Shown: positions 9,967-18,720 of the stretch, piece after piece
How positions within the stretch are numbered: the stretch's first letter is position 1
How the letters are laid out: every line of letters starts with the position of its first letter
IMG/VR virus record: IMGVR_UViG_3300037420_001397
Coordinates: 559-64,558 of that record
DNA: 64,000 nt
Direction: 5' to 3' (one strand)
Source: a virus
Lineage: Duplodnaviria; Caudoviricetes
Notes under the pieces: model-generated
The model's database searches: none
What the model was told of the DNA's origin: nothing
The model's input: the letters and a program-made list of their open reading frames with translations, nothing else
Program-made: the position numbers and the translations under genes

Positions 9967-10344
9967 TCATTCCTTGGCCGGCTTCGTGCAGTCCTCGATG
10001 CCTGCGCAGTGCAGCGGCTCGGCGCCGGCATCGAACACGTTCAGCCCGTCGTAGCCGCTGGTCGCCAGCGTAACCCCGTAGGCCCGGCACAGCGCATCCA
10101 GCGCGGCCACGAAGCCTTCGGCCTTCGACCCTTCGCCGGGCGGCGGGAACGGGCCGATGAAGTCGATTCCGGCCTCGTCCAAGGCCCTTGCGTCACCAGC
10201 TTCCAAGTGATCGAAGTAGTCCCGGCCGAGCCACTCTATACACAACTCTTCCCAGACGCGCACCGGCTGCGGTCCTTCGTCGCCACCGTTGGATGAAGCC
10301 CAGTACAGGCCTGGCCGGGTGATCTCGCTGGCTTTCATTCCCAT
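9967..10344 (-). CDS. Hypothetical protein
   Basis: ORF coupled within a leftward cluster. Confidence 0.55.
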   Translation of the reverse strand: MGMKASEITRPGLYWASSNGGDEGPQPVRVWEELCIEWLGRDYFDHLEAGDARALDEAGIDFIGPFPPPGEGSKAEGFVAALDALCRAYGVTLATSGYDGLNVFDAGAEPLHCAGIEDCTKPAKE

Positions 10345-10541
10345 TCCTCGCTCCGAGCCAGATACTCAGCCTGCCGCGCCAGTGCCGCGCGCTGCTCTGC
10401 CGTGAAGGTGCTCCACATGGCGGCGATCTCGTCACCGACGTGGTTGCGCCAGTCGTGAACCTTCCCGGCCCGCTCCCATTGCGGCTCCATGTAGTCACTT
10501 GGCGTGCCGACTGGGATGTCGGCGGTGAGGACGCTGATCAT
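10335..10541 (-). CDS. Hypothetical protein
   Basis: HDWRNHV...W..FT.EQRAAL; overlapping start/stop with neighbours. Confidence 0.6.
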   Translation of the reverse strand: MISVLTADIPVGTPSDYMEPQWERAGKVHDWRNHVGDEIAAMWSTFTAEQRAALARQAEYLARSEEWE

Positions 10542-10756
10542 GAAGGCGTCCTTCCCTGTGCCGGCGCAGCCAGGACGTTGAGGAACTCCGGCAGATCTCC
10601 CATCCGCGCCAACGCAGCCTCGCACTCCTGCTTGTAGGTCGCCATCTTCTCGTCCCATTCCTGTGCCTGCTCAGGCGTCCACTCCGATCTCGGCTTGTCG
10701 GCCCAAGGACCGAACGTGGGGCGTTTCGGGGGTACGGGCAGGGTCAGGATGTTCAT
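10538..10756 (-). CDS. Hypothetical protein
   Basis: Coupled ORF with ATGA-type overlaps. Confidence 0.55.
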   Translation of the reverse strand: MNILTLPVPPKRPTFGPWADKPRSEWTPEQAQEWDEKMATYKQECEAALARMGDLPEFLNVLAAPAQGRTPS

Positions 10757-11589
10757 GCATTCACCTCGCGTTCGGCCGGCATGGTCAGCACGACGTCCAG
10801 CAGCAGGTTGTCCAGCACCGAGAAGTCCGTGTCGGCCGCCACAGGCGGCAACACCGACTCCAGCCGTGTCAGCTCGGAGTCGATGTAGGCGTTGAGCGCC
10901 GGCAATGGCCTTCCATGCTCAGCCTCTGATGCGCCGCGCTTGATCTCCAGCAGCTGCGCGATCGCCTCGCGCACTTCCTGGTCCGTCACGATGGCGTCCA
11001 CCAGCTCCTGGAAGCGCATCGGCGCGATGCCGCGGCCCTGCTCGATCCACAGTGTTGCCAGCAGCGGGCGCAGGACATAGAGGTACTTCTTCAGCCGCAC
11101 CCGGTCGCCGTGCAGATACTCACGATAGTTGCCGCGCGCCATGTGGACGTAGTGGTGGAACGAGCGTTCGGGCTGATGCGCCACGCGGGCAGCCGCACGC
11201 ATGGCCGCCAGGAATGCCTGGTCGGCCCGATAGACCACAGGCGAGGCCAGCCACTCGATCAGCGTGGCGTTGCCGTTGCCAAGCAGGCCCAGGGCCTTGC
11301 GCAATTCCCATCCGTTGATGTCCAGGTCGCCAGAGATCGGCAGCTCGATCACGTCGCGCGCCCGAAGGGCCTTGTCGTGTCGGTCGACCTGCAAGTACCA
11401 CGGCAGCGGGTGGACGTAGATGAACCGGACGTCATAGTCGCTGTCGGGCGAGGCGAAACCCCAGCCCCGGCTGCCTGACTCGCAGGCGTAGAGCACGCGC
11501 ACGCCATGTTCGGCCTCGATGGCGCTCAGGCGTTCTTGGATCTCGGCTCGCATGCTGGGATCAACAGGATGCTCGCTCATCTGGCTCAT
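10753..11589 (-). CDS. Pol-beta superfamily nucleotidyltransferase (PF10127/RlaP-like)
   Basis: ACESGSRGWGFASPDSDYDVRFIY and KKYLYVLRPLLA motifs. Confidence 0.88.
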   Translation of the reverse strand: MSQMSEHPVDPSMRAEIQERLSAIEAEHGVRVLYACESGSRGWGFASPDSDYDVRFIYVHPLPWYLQVDRHDKALRARDVIELPISGDLDINGWELRKALGLLGNGNATLIEWLASPVVYRADQAFLAAMRAAARVAHQPERSFHHYVHMARGNYREYLHGDRVRLKKYLYVLRPLLATLWIEQGRGIAPMRFQELVDAIVTDQEVREAIAQLLEIKRGASEAEHGRPLPALNAYIDSELTRLESVLPPVAADTDFSVLDNLLLDVVLTMPAEREVNA

Positions 11590-11703
11590 CGAAAGGTGAC
11601 CCTTTTTGTGCTGGATGCGAGGCCCAGCACCGCAGAAAACTGCCGCAGTTGCCATTGAGTGGTTCGGGCTGCCGGGCCTCGCGTGGCGGATTTTAGGTGC
11701 CGC

Positions 11704-12768
11704 CTACCTCCCTCGTATCGGCACGAGCATGAAGCCGCGCGTGCGTCCGTCTGCCGCGATGCCTGCGCCGACGATGACGCCGTCATCATTGATCGCCACG
11801 GCGCTGATGAGCAGTATCCAGCCTGCAGCCTTCACCTCCGGCAGCTTCGACAGGTCGGTCAGCTTGCCGTCTTCCCACAGAAACGCTCCACCGCCCTCCG
11901 GCGGGTAGCCATAGCCGCCAACGACTTGGCGCTGCTTGTTGATCCCAAGGGCAGCACCACTCCATCCGGCCGTGCGCGGGACGAGCCAGTGCAGCCTGTT
12001 GCCGAGCACCGCGAACGGCCACGCAGCCGAGGCCTGAGTTTCGGTCGGGGCATCGAAGGCCACGCCAGCCACGTCCGCGCGGTCGTTGATGGCTCGGGCG
12101 ATGCTGCCAAGCCCTGCCGGCAGAAGATTGCCGAGCGGGTTGACCCGGTCACCGACGACACGGACAGCTTCTTGCGTCAGAGGGCTGCCGCGATAGCGCA
12201 TACCGGCCACGTCACCGTAGTAGTTGATCGACGTGATCTCCGCGGCTGCGCCTCCCCATGTGCCGAGATCCCGGAACACGCCGTCGCGGTACGTGAATCC
12301 GTGCTGTTCACCGGTCGCTGCGTGGAACCAGCCGGCCATCGTCCCGTTGTCGTTGATCGCATTGGCGACGGTGCTGCCACTGCCGAACTGCGGCAGTGGT
12401 GTCAGCACCCCGTTGTCCCAATGGAACGCTCTTCGGGAGGTCAACCATGGCCCCTCGGCCTCGTTCCAGAACCACCCCGCGACCTCACCGCGCTTGTTGA
12501 CCCCGCTGGCGCCACTCGTGCCGCCGGGCAGGATGAAGGTGCGCCGCAGTCCGGTTTGGAACAACGCGGCCTGATAGTTCTGTGTCGCGTCATGCCAGGC
12601 TTGGCCGGCGGCGTACTTCCCGTCCTGGCTGACGGCATCGGCCGCACTGACCACATCCTCCGGTGCACCGAGCTCGTGGACCATGTACCGGTATCGGTAG
12701 CTTCCTTCAGCCTGGCCGGCCGACGCGAGAAGAGGAAGGGAGAGGGCAACCGCAACAACGACTCGCAT
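11704..12768 (-). CDS. Secreted HAF-repeat (beta-propeller-like) protein
   Basis: Signal peptide; repeated S.A..IN..G.VAG / DLG units. Confidence 0.85.
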   Translation of the reverse strand: MRVVVAVALSLPLLASAGQAEGSYRYRYMVHELGAPEDVVSAADAVSQDGKYAAGQAWHDATQNYQAALFQTGLRRTFILPGGTSGASGVNKRGEVAGWFWNEAEGPWLTSRRAFHWDNGVLTPLPQFGSGSTVANAINDNGTMAGWFHAATGEQHGFTYRDGVFRDLGTWGGAAAEITSINYYGDVAGMRYRGSPLTQEAVRVVGDRVNPLGNLLPAGLGSIARAINDRADVAGVAFDAPTETQASAAWPFAVLGNRLHWLVPRTAGWSGAALGINKQRQVVGGYGYPPEGGGAFLWEDGKLTDLSKLPEVKAAGWILLISAVAINDDGVIVGAGIAADGRTRGFMLVPIRGR

Positions 12769-12942
12769 AGCAACGCTTCCATCCGTTGGAGGGGTCGTTG
12801 GTATGCCAGTGGCCTCGTGCGGCGTCACTCCTTTGGGGACCCTCTATCGGGGGCCCGTAGTTACGGGAGGTCGCGCCACCGGGTGATGCACCGCCGTGCG
12901 ATCAGGCGCCACGCTGGCCGTCCCTTCACTTCGGAGACGGCA

Positions 12943-13728
12943 ATGAGACGCAGAAGAAGAATGATCCTGGCCGCAGCGGCGCTCATGGCGGCAACGGGTC
13001 CGGTGCTGGCAGATTACGGAGCCAGCGCAAGCCTCACCGGCATCAAGTTCGAGCTGGTGGACCTGCAGCCGGATGACGGTATTGCGCCGTCGGCCAAGAT
13101 CGCGGGCATCTGGGGCGCCTCGTCACGCATCTTCGGCACCAACGGCTGCGGCCCGCACTGCCACGTGTCGGTCGGGTCCCTCAACAAGCCGTTCATGGCT
13201 AGCGAGATCCTGGCCGGCGCCACATCGTTCGCGTCGGTGTCCGGTGCAGGCATGTTTGCCTCGACCTCCGGCAAGCCGGGCCCCAACGGCGCCGGGCAAT
13301 CGGGCGCGTTCTCGTTCATGAGTTTCAGCGGCAGCAACCCAAAGTTCGTGCTGGGGGCGCACACCGGTCTGCGCGTCACCGGCACCTACGCGCTGGACGC
13401 CTGGGCGGATGCGGCGGCAGGCAGTCCCACCGAGTTCGCGGGCGCGCACATCATGGCTTGGGCCTGGGGTCAGTCCGTTGGTGCCACGGAGCGCGTGCGC
13501 GTCTCCACGGACCCGTCCGAGGGCCCGATGCACGCCAACGACGCCGGTCAGTTCTCGTTCACGTTCGAGAACGCACTGGACCGCAGCCGCGGCATCACCG
13601 GCCGACTCTATGTGGCTGCGAGCGGCCGCCAGGTGTCCCCAATTCCGGAGCCGTCCACCTACGCCCTGTTCGCAGCCGGTATCGGCGTCGTCGGCGTGGT
13701 GGCGCGCCGGCGCAGGGCTGATGGTTGA
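12943..13728 (+). CDS. PEP-CTERM sorting-domain protein
   Basis: Signal peptide MRRRRRMILAAAALMAA; C-terminal IPEPSTYALFAAGIGVVGVVARRRR; GGAG RBS. Confidence 0.92.
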   Translation: MRRRRRMILAAAALMAATGPVLADYGASASLTGIKFELVDLQPDDGIAPSAKIAGIWGASSRIFGTNGCGPHCHVSVGSLNKPFMASEILAGATSFASVSGAGMFASTSGKPGPNGAGQSGAFSFMSFSGSNPKFVLGAHTGLRVTGTYALDAWADAAAGSPTEFAGAHIMAWAWGQSVGATERVRVSTDPSEGPMHANDAGQFSFTFENALDRSRGITGRLYVAASGRQVSPIPEPSTYALFAAGIGVVGVVARRRRADG

Positions 13729-13732
13729 CGCA

Positions 13733-13930
13733 TCACGAGCCCAGTTCGCTGGGCTCGTCGTCGCTGCCGGGCTCGCGCGTCCAGAACGCGCAGCCGAACT
13801 GAGGCTGGGCGACGACGGGCGATAGGCCAGGGCGGTCGCACCAGCTCGTGATGCCGTTGTCTTGCATCCCGCCCCAGTACTGGCAGGTCCAGCAAGGGCG
13901 GGGATCGTCGGTGCCAGCGAAGTAGGTCAT
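13733..13930 (-). CDS. Small Cys-rich hypothetical protein
   Basis: CWTCQYWGG...C...GCAFWTREPG. Confidence 0.65.
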   Translation of the reverse strand: MTYFAGTDDPRPCWTCQYWGGMQDNGITSWCDRPGLSPVVAQPQFGCAFWTREPGSDDEPSELGS

Positions 13931-13999
13931 GCGGTCTATCCGGGTTGTCGGGTTGAGTCGACTGGCTCGTATCCGCCCGACGGTCGCGCGATAGCACAA

Positions 14000-14189
14000 G
14001 GCCGCTGAAACCTATGCGCTAAGTTGTTGATTCGTCGTGCGGCTGGTTGACGTTTTCGTGCATGTTCAAGTCTGCTGATATCCAGCCCAAGTAGCTGTCA
14101 CACAAGAGAAAATCGCTACTTTGCGGCCTTAGACCGACCTTAATTTTCTCCCCTAGGAATGCTGAAATTCTGCTGAAAAATCGCTGAAA
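14000..14189. other. attP region with IHF site and arm-type repeats
   Basis: Non-coding, AT-richer, next to the int 3' end; perfect IHF consensus AATCAACAACTTA on the minus strand at 14020-14032; GCTGAAA at 14004, 14161, 14172 and 14183. Confidence 0.75.
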
Positions 14190-15272
14190 TCAGTCAACCC
14201 TCACCCTGATCGGCTCGGCGCCGCGCGGGTCCGCGTACAGCGCGGCCGTGCCGGCGTCCTTGTGGCCCAGCAGAGCCTGCGTGTCCACGCCGCCCTGGGC
14301 CAGATAGAGGCGCTTGCTCAGGGAGCGGATCTCGTGGAACGAGGGCGGGTTGGGGCCTGTAATTTTTGCGAGCACGCGCGCGCGGGCAAAGGCCTCCGTG
14401 ACGGCATCGGGTGACACCGGGTCGCCGGCGTGCACGTGCGCAATGCGCTTGGGGTGGTGCACCAGGAACCGGCTCTGGACGCCGGTGGGCTGCTCGATGA
14501 GCTCGCCGAGTGACACGCCGACGGCGTCCAGGCGCAGCCGCAGCGGGATGGCCACGGGCGTGTTGGTGCGGCGGGTCTTGTTGCGCCACACCCGCAGCTC
14601 GCCGTCGACCACGTGCGCATGCTCCATGGCGCATACCGTTGACCGGTCCTGCCCGGTCACCAGCGCGTACATCATCGCCCGCGGCAGCCAGCCGGCGGCC
14701 TGGTGGGCGACCTTATGGATGGCCATGAATGTGTCCAGCGTCATGCGCTGCCGGCGCACTTCCACCGCCGGCTCGGCCGTGATGGCCGCGACGTTGACGC
14801 CCGGCTTCACCCAGCCGAGCTGCTGCGCACGGCGGCATAGCATCACGAGGCGGGAGCGCACGTACTTGGCCGTCGTCTCCCGGCCGCTGGCGTGGATGGC
14901 ATCGATGAGCTGGGCGCAGTCGTCCACCGTCAAGTCCTTGATCTGCTTCGCGCCGAGCTTCTCGGAGATCACGCGATCCCAGGACCTGTACGAGCTCTGC
15001 GACTCCATCGACTTCGGCGCCGGCATCTTGGCGATGACGTCGGCCACGGTGTGATGCGCGCCCTTGAGCTTGTCTACCAGACTCGGCTGCTCGCTGGCGA
15101 GATGCAGGTTGGCCGCGATCGCCTCGCTGATGGCGACGGCCAGCGGCTTGCGGCCGATCGCCACGCACGTGGACACCCCATCCCGCATGTAGCGGAAGAC
15201 GTAGTAGCCCTTGCGGTCCTCGTAGAGATGTGGCGGCCAGTCGCGGTGTCGAATGCTGCGCCTGGCGCTCAA
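14190..15272 (-). CDS. int: Lambda-type tyrosine integrase
   Basis: Arm-binding N-terminus (LYEDRKGYYVFR), FHEIRSL, LLGHK, catalytic Tyr; TTG start overlaps the xis stop. Confidence 0.95.
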   Translation of the reverse strand: MSARRSIRHRDWPPHLYEDRKGYYVFRYMRDGVSTCVAIGRKPLAVAISEAIAANLHLASEQPSLVDKLKGAHHTVADVIAKMPAPKSMESQSSYRSWDRVISEKLGAKQIKDLTVDDCAQLIDAIHASGRETTAKYVRSRLVMLCRRAQQLGWVKPGVNVAAITAEPAVEVRRQRMTLDTFMAIHKVAHQAAGWLPRAMMYALVTGQDRSTVCAMEHAHVVDGELRVWRNKTRRTNTPVAIPLRLRLDAVGVSLGELIEQPTGVQSRFLVHHPKRIAHVHAGDPVSPDAVTEAFARARVLAKITGPNPPSFHEIRSLSKRLYLAQGGVDTQALLGHKDAGTAALYADPRGAEPIRVRVD

Positions 15273-15487
15273 CGCCCGGCCTCCAGCCGCTCGACCAGGC
15301 TCGGACCGTCGCCGCCGGCCAGCACCTCGCTGATGCGCACGGCGTTCGGGTTGATGTAGTAGGCGCGACCGACCTTCACCGGCGCCGGACTCAGCTCGCC
15401 CAGGCGCGCCCACCGCTGCAGCGTGCGCGGGCCAGGCGGCGGGTCATAGCGTGCGGCCGCCCAGGCCTGGAGGGTGATCTTCTTCAC
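15269..15487 (-). CDS. xis: Excisionase
   Basis: TLQAWAA...RTLQRWAR...PAPVKVGRAY, resembling lambda Xis. Confidence 0.9.
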   Translation of the reverse strand: MKKITLQAWAAARYDPPPGPRTLQRWARLGELSPAPVKVGRAYYINPNAVRISEVLAGGDGPSLVERLEAGR

Positions 15488-15508
15488 GTTCTTGCTCCGT
15501 GGTTGCGT

Positions 15509-15841
15509 TCAGGCGTCTTCGAACAGGTCGGCCACGGCCTTGCCGGCGCGACGGGTGGTGTAGGCGGTTTCAGCGTGGTGCCGCGCGTCGTAGACCAAGT
15601 GGCACCTGTTGCACCAGTGACGCAGGTTGCTCAGGTCGCAGTTCTCCGGCACGTGATCCAGATGGCCTGTGGTCAGCGTCACGCGACCGCCGGTGACCGG
15701 GTGCGGTTTGCCGTTCTCGGCTCGGCAATCCGGGAATGCCGGCGAGCCCTCGCACCGATCGCCGCTGCGCTCGCGTACCCGGGCCACGATCTCGCGCCAG
15801 TTCTTCGGGTACCGCGCCCGGTTCTCAGGCTTGATTGGCAT
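15509..15841 (-). CDS. HNH-like protein
   Basis: YPKNW...RCE...HLDHVPENC...NLRHWCNRCH. Confidence 0.8.
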   Translation of the reverse strand: MPIKPENRARYPKNWREIVARVRERSGDRCEGSPAFPDCRAENGKPHPVTGGRVTLTTGHLDHVPENCDLSNLRHWCNRCHLVYDARHHAETAYTTRRAGKAVADLFEDA

Positions 15842-16067
15842 CGCCTACCTCCACTTCTGCGCGCCTGCGATCGACAAACTCAGCAACACCCTCTGCGCAG
15901 ATACGGAAGAGGTCGGCCCAAACCCGAATCTCCCGGGCAACGACTCTGGCTACTGCGCGGCCAAGGACTTCGCTGACGCATCGCCCGATGCGCTCCATGA
16001 GGTGCTGCAGCACCAGTCGACCGCGCAGTCGCGCGACGTGCCGCTTCTTGAGCTGGCGCAGCTTCAT
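15825..16067 (-). CDS. Hypothetical protein
   Basis: MKLRQLKK... ORF in the leftward operon. Confidence 0.45.
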   Translation of the reverse strand: MKLRQLKKRHVARLRGRLVLQHLMERIGRCVSEVLGRAVARVVAREIRVWADLFRICAEGVAEFVDRRRAEVEVGDANQA

Positions 16068-16173
16068 GACTTCGAAACGTGAGTATTTTTGTGAAGCACC
16101 GGCTCGGCGATGAGCCATGCGGCCACCGCGGCGTAGGCCACGACGATCAGGGCGAGGAGGGCGCGTCGAGGGG

Positions 16174-16521
16174 TCATCGCTGCCGCTCCATGGCCACAGC
16201 AGCGCGCACGATGGCGCGGCGGGTCGCGCTCTCTCGCGTCGGGCCTCGTTGGTGCACCGGCTCGGATGCCAGGTCTTCACCGTCGTCTCCGCAGGTGCCC
16301 ACGTGCACAGCGTGTGGCGTGTGGTCAATGCGCAGCTGCCGTTTCACAGCCAGCCGCAGCGCGTCGCCGTCGTCGGCCAGCGGGCTCCAGCAGTAGTCCG
16401 AGCGATCCGGGCTGTCGGAGGCGATCAGCAATCCGCAAGCACCCCGGCTCCAGAATTCAATCCCTGCTGCTTTTGCTGCAGCCTCCAGCAGTTCAAGGTC
16501 AGCCAAGTTGGGACCGGTCAT
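16174..16521 (-). CDS. Hypothetical phage protein
   Basis: WSPLADDGDALRLAV...ATRRAIVRAA motif. Confidence 0.7.
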   Translation of the reverse strand: MTGPNLADLELLEAAAKAAGIEFWSRGACGLLIASDSPDRSDYCWSPLADDGDALRLAVKRQLRIDHTPHAVHVGTCGDDGEDLASEPVHQRGPTRESATRRAIVRAAVAMERQR

Positions 16522-16765
16522 GTACTTCCTTCAACTTGTTGGCGGCGGCCTCGATGCGCTGGAGTGCTTCTCGGATCGCCGCTTGAACCACTGACGCGCC
16601 AGCCGGGACCTTGTGCGTGCCCGCCATCTCGTCGCTCAGCAGGACCTCGCGCGTGCTGATGCGGGCATGGCACGACGTGCACTGGTAGCGGCGCAACGTG
16701 CCCACCTCGCGCCGGCGGGTGTAGATGCATTTCATGGCCGCGCCGCAGGTGCAGGGGTGAGGCAT
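16499..16765 (-). CDS. Zinc-ribbon protein
   Basis: CTC...RRYQCTSCHARISTRE. Confidence 0.65.
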   Translation of the reverse strand: MPHPCTCGAAMKCIYTRRREVGTLRRYQCTSCHARISTREVLLSDEMAGTHKVPAGASVVQAAIREALQRIEAAANKLKEVHDRSQLG

Positions 16766-17193
16766 CAGGCGCCCTCTTCCAGCAGCTGCGCCATGCGCCT
16801 ACCCAGCTCCGTGCTGATCACGTCCGGCGCCACCTTGCCGGCCTGCAGCGCCTCGGCCAGCTCGGCACGCAGATCGAGCAGCACCTGCAGTGCTTCGCTG
16901 GTGGCAGGCGGCGCCGTGTAGAGGTTGGTGCCCGGGGAAGGGTGGCCGGCCGGGAAATGGATGACGGCCATCTGTGGGTCGTGGCCAGGGCCTTGCTCGG
17001 CGGCGGTAAGCACGCGGCCGATGGGCTGCGGCGCCTCACCCTCGTAGACCTTCATCGTGAAGCCAAACTCGGCCAGCACGCGCGACAGGTCGTAGAGCTT
17101 GTAGTTCGGTATGAAACCAATCAGGTCCTTCCAGACGTGCTCCAGCCGATCCCCAAAACCCTCCGGCCAGTTGCGGATGATGTTGAGCTTCAC
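16765..17193 (-). CDS. Hypothetical protein
   Basis: Coupled ORF with a GTG start. Confidence 0.55.
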   Translation of the reverse strand: MKLNIIRNWPEGFGDRLEHVWKDLIGFIPNYKLYDLSRVLAEFGFTMKVYEGEAPQPIGRVLTAAEQGPGHDPQMAVIHFPAGHPSPGTNLYTAPPATSEALQVLLDLRAELAEALQAGKVAPDVISTELGRRMAQLLEEGA

Positions 17194-17210
17194 TTCTTTG
17201 GCGGCGGCGC

Positions 17211-17456
17211 TCAAAGGTCGTCCTCCGTCATCGCGCTCGTGTAGTGCGGCCGGTAGCCGCCCTTGAGCCAATAGGTCTTGCCGCACATGGGCGAGGGGCA
17301 GGTGACTTCGGCGCTGCCTTCGTCGCGCGCCAGCTCATAGAGGCAGACATCGCCTTGTTGTGCTTGCATCTCGTCATCGCTCATCTCGTGCGCGCAGTGC
17401 GGGCACGTTGGTGCGCTGACTTCGAAGGTGTTGAAGAATTCGAATGCGGCAGGCAT
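17211..17456 (-). CDS. Zinc-finger hypothetical protein
   Basis: CPHC...CPSPMC. Confidence 0.55.
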   Translation of the reverse strand: MPAAFEFFNTFEVSAPTCPHCAHEMSDDEMQAQQGDVCLYELARDEGSAEVTCPSPMCGKTYWLKGGYRPHYTSAMTEDDL

Positions 17457-17731
17457 CAGGCGGCTCCCTTGGTTACCGGCGTCAGCGCCTTGACAGCCCG
17501 GCGTGACACCAGACAGCCGCCCTCGAACGGCTCGCACAAGTAGTCGGCCGGGTTGCGGCTGGTGCCTGCGCGCAGCCAGCAGCGCGCCAGATCGGCGGCT
17601 GTGGCGTCGCGCAGCTTCAGCGTCTGACCGGGACACACGTCGTGCCACCAGCCCAGCTCGTTGCGCGGGATGTCGCGCTCCATCTCGGCGCGCGTCTTGA
17701 GCTTGGCGCGGTAGAGCTGGGGGTCAGGCAT
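17456..17731 (-). CDS. Hypothetical protein
   Basis: Coupled ORF. Confidence 0.55.
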   Translation of the reverse strand: MPDPQLYRAKLKTRAEMERDIPRNELGWWHDVCPGQTLKLRDATAADLARCWLRAGTSRNPADYLCEPFEGGCLVSRRAVKALTPVTKGAA

Positions 17732-18716
17732 TGCTCTCTCCCGTGGCGCCGGCCGTGCTGGTGGCGTTGCGATCCGCGCCGTAGCGGTGATAAGCCGAGC
17801 TGCTGTCGGCTTGCAGCGCGTCCACAGCCTCCCGGCCGCCCAGGTCGAGCACGATGGTCCACAGTGCGCTGGCGTAGTAGCTGCTGTCGTCGAAGTACAG
17901 CGCGGCCACGGCCTCGCCCAGCGCATGCGCCACGGCGGGGGCGGGTTGCTGCGTAGGGACTTGCCCGTGGGGTTGATAGGCGGGGGTCTCAGCAGCAGCG
18001 GATCGGGTCAGGGCCAGCACCTCGCGCACCAGCGGCAGAACGTCGCGCGCGCGTGAGCCAATTCCCGTGCAGCGGTGCTTGTATGCCAGCGTCAGGATTT
18101 GCTCGTCTGTGGGCTCGGCCGGCTGCTGGGCGGCCAGAGCGTCCACGATGCGCCGCGCCAGAAAGCCCTCCCAGTGCTGTTCAGGCGGTGGAGCCTCGTC
18201 GCTACACAGCACCTGATAGACGGCCTGCACGCGCGGGTCGTCCCATTGCGCCGTTGGCTCCGGCTGCTCAGGTGAGCTTTTTTGGGAGTCCGGCGAGTCG
18301 CCGGCGGCCGGCACCTGGGCGCGCCGCTGCCAGAAGTCGAAAGCCTGTTCCGCCACGACACCGAAGGCTTCCGCGCGAGCCTCTTCCTCGATGTCGCCTT
18401 CGCTTTGCTCGCCAGTACCGTGGCCGATCTCGTGCGCGAGCATGCGAATCACGGTTGCCGGGTCGGCATCGGCCGCCGCCCAAGCGTGGATGACGCGGTG
18501 CTCGCCGTCGAAGAAGCCCCAGCACTTCTGAGCGCGCATGGCGTCAAGCACAGCGCCTTCTTCAAGCTCTACGGTTTCGCCGTCCACGGTCTCGGCGTGG
18601 ATGGTCGAGCTGGCGATGTCGTCGGGCGAGAAGCCTTCAGCTTCCAGCACGGGCCGCCAGTAAGCGGTGTGCACGGACTCCGGCGTGGTGTGCCAGGTGA
18701 TGGTGATGTTGTTCAT
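17724..18716 (-). CDS. Hypothetical protein with HExxH motif
   Basis: IRMLAHEIGH...EEARAE in the N-terminal half; mosaic C-terminus. Confidence 0.65.
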   Translation of the reverse strand: MNNITITWHTTPESVHTAYWRPVLEAEGFSPDDIASSTIHAETVDGETVELEEGAVLDAMRAQKCWGFFDGEHRVIHAWAAADADPATVIRMLAHEIGHGTGEQSEGDIEEEARAEAFGVVAEQAFDFWQRRAQVPAAGDSPDSQKSSPEQPEPTAQWDDPRVQAVYQVLCSDEAPPPEQHWEGFLARRIVDALAAQQPAEPTDEQILTLAYKHRCTGIGSRARDVLPLVREVLALTRSAAAETPAYQPHGQVPTQQPAPAVAHALGEAVAALYFDDSSYYASALWTIVLDLGGREAVDALQADSSSAYHRYGADRNATSTAGATGESNA

Positions 18717-18720
18717 GCGA

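Noticed and set aside
11659-12942. N-terminal extension making a 689-aa PEP-CTERM protein
   Set aside because: Overlaps the HAF gene in antisense; the RBS and signal peptide begin at 12943
12770-12942. Sigma54 promoter for the PEP-CTERM gene
   Set aside because: No TGGCAC-N5-TTGC match recognised on either strand
14100-14160. attP core matching a tRNA 3' end
   Set aside because: Only short resemblances; no convincing T-arm or acceptor match by eye
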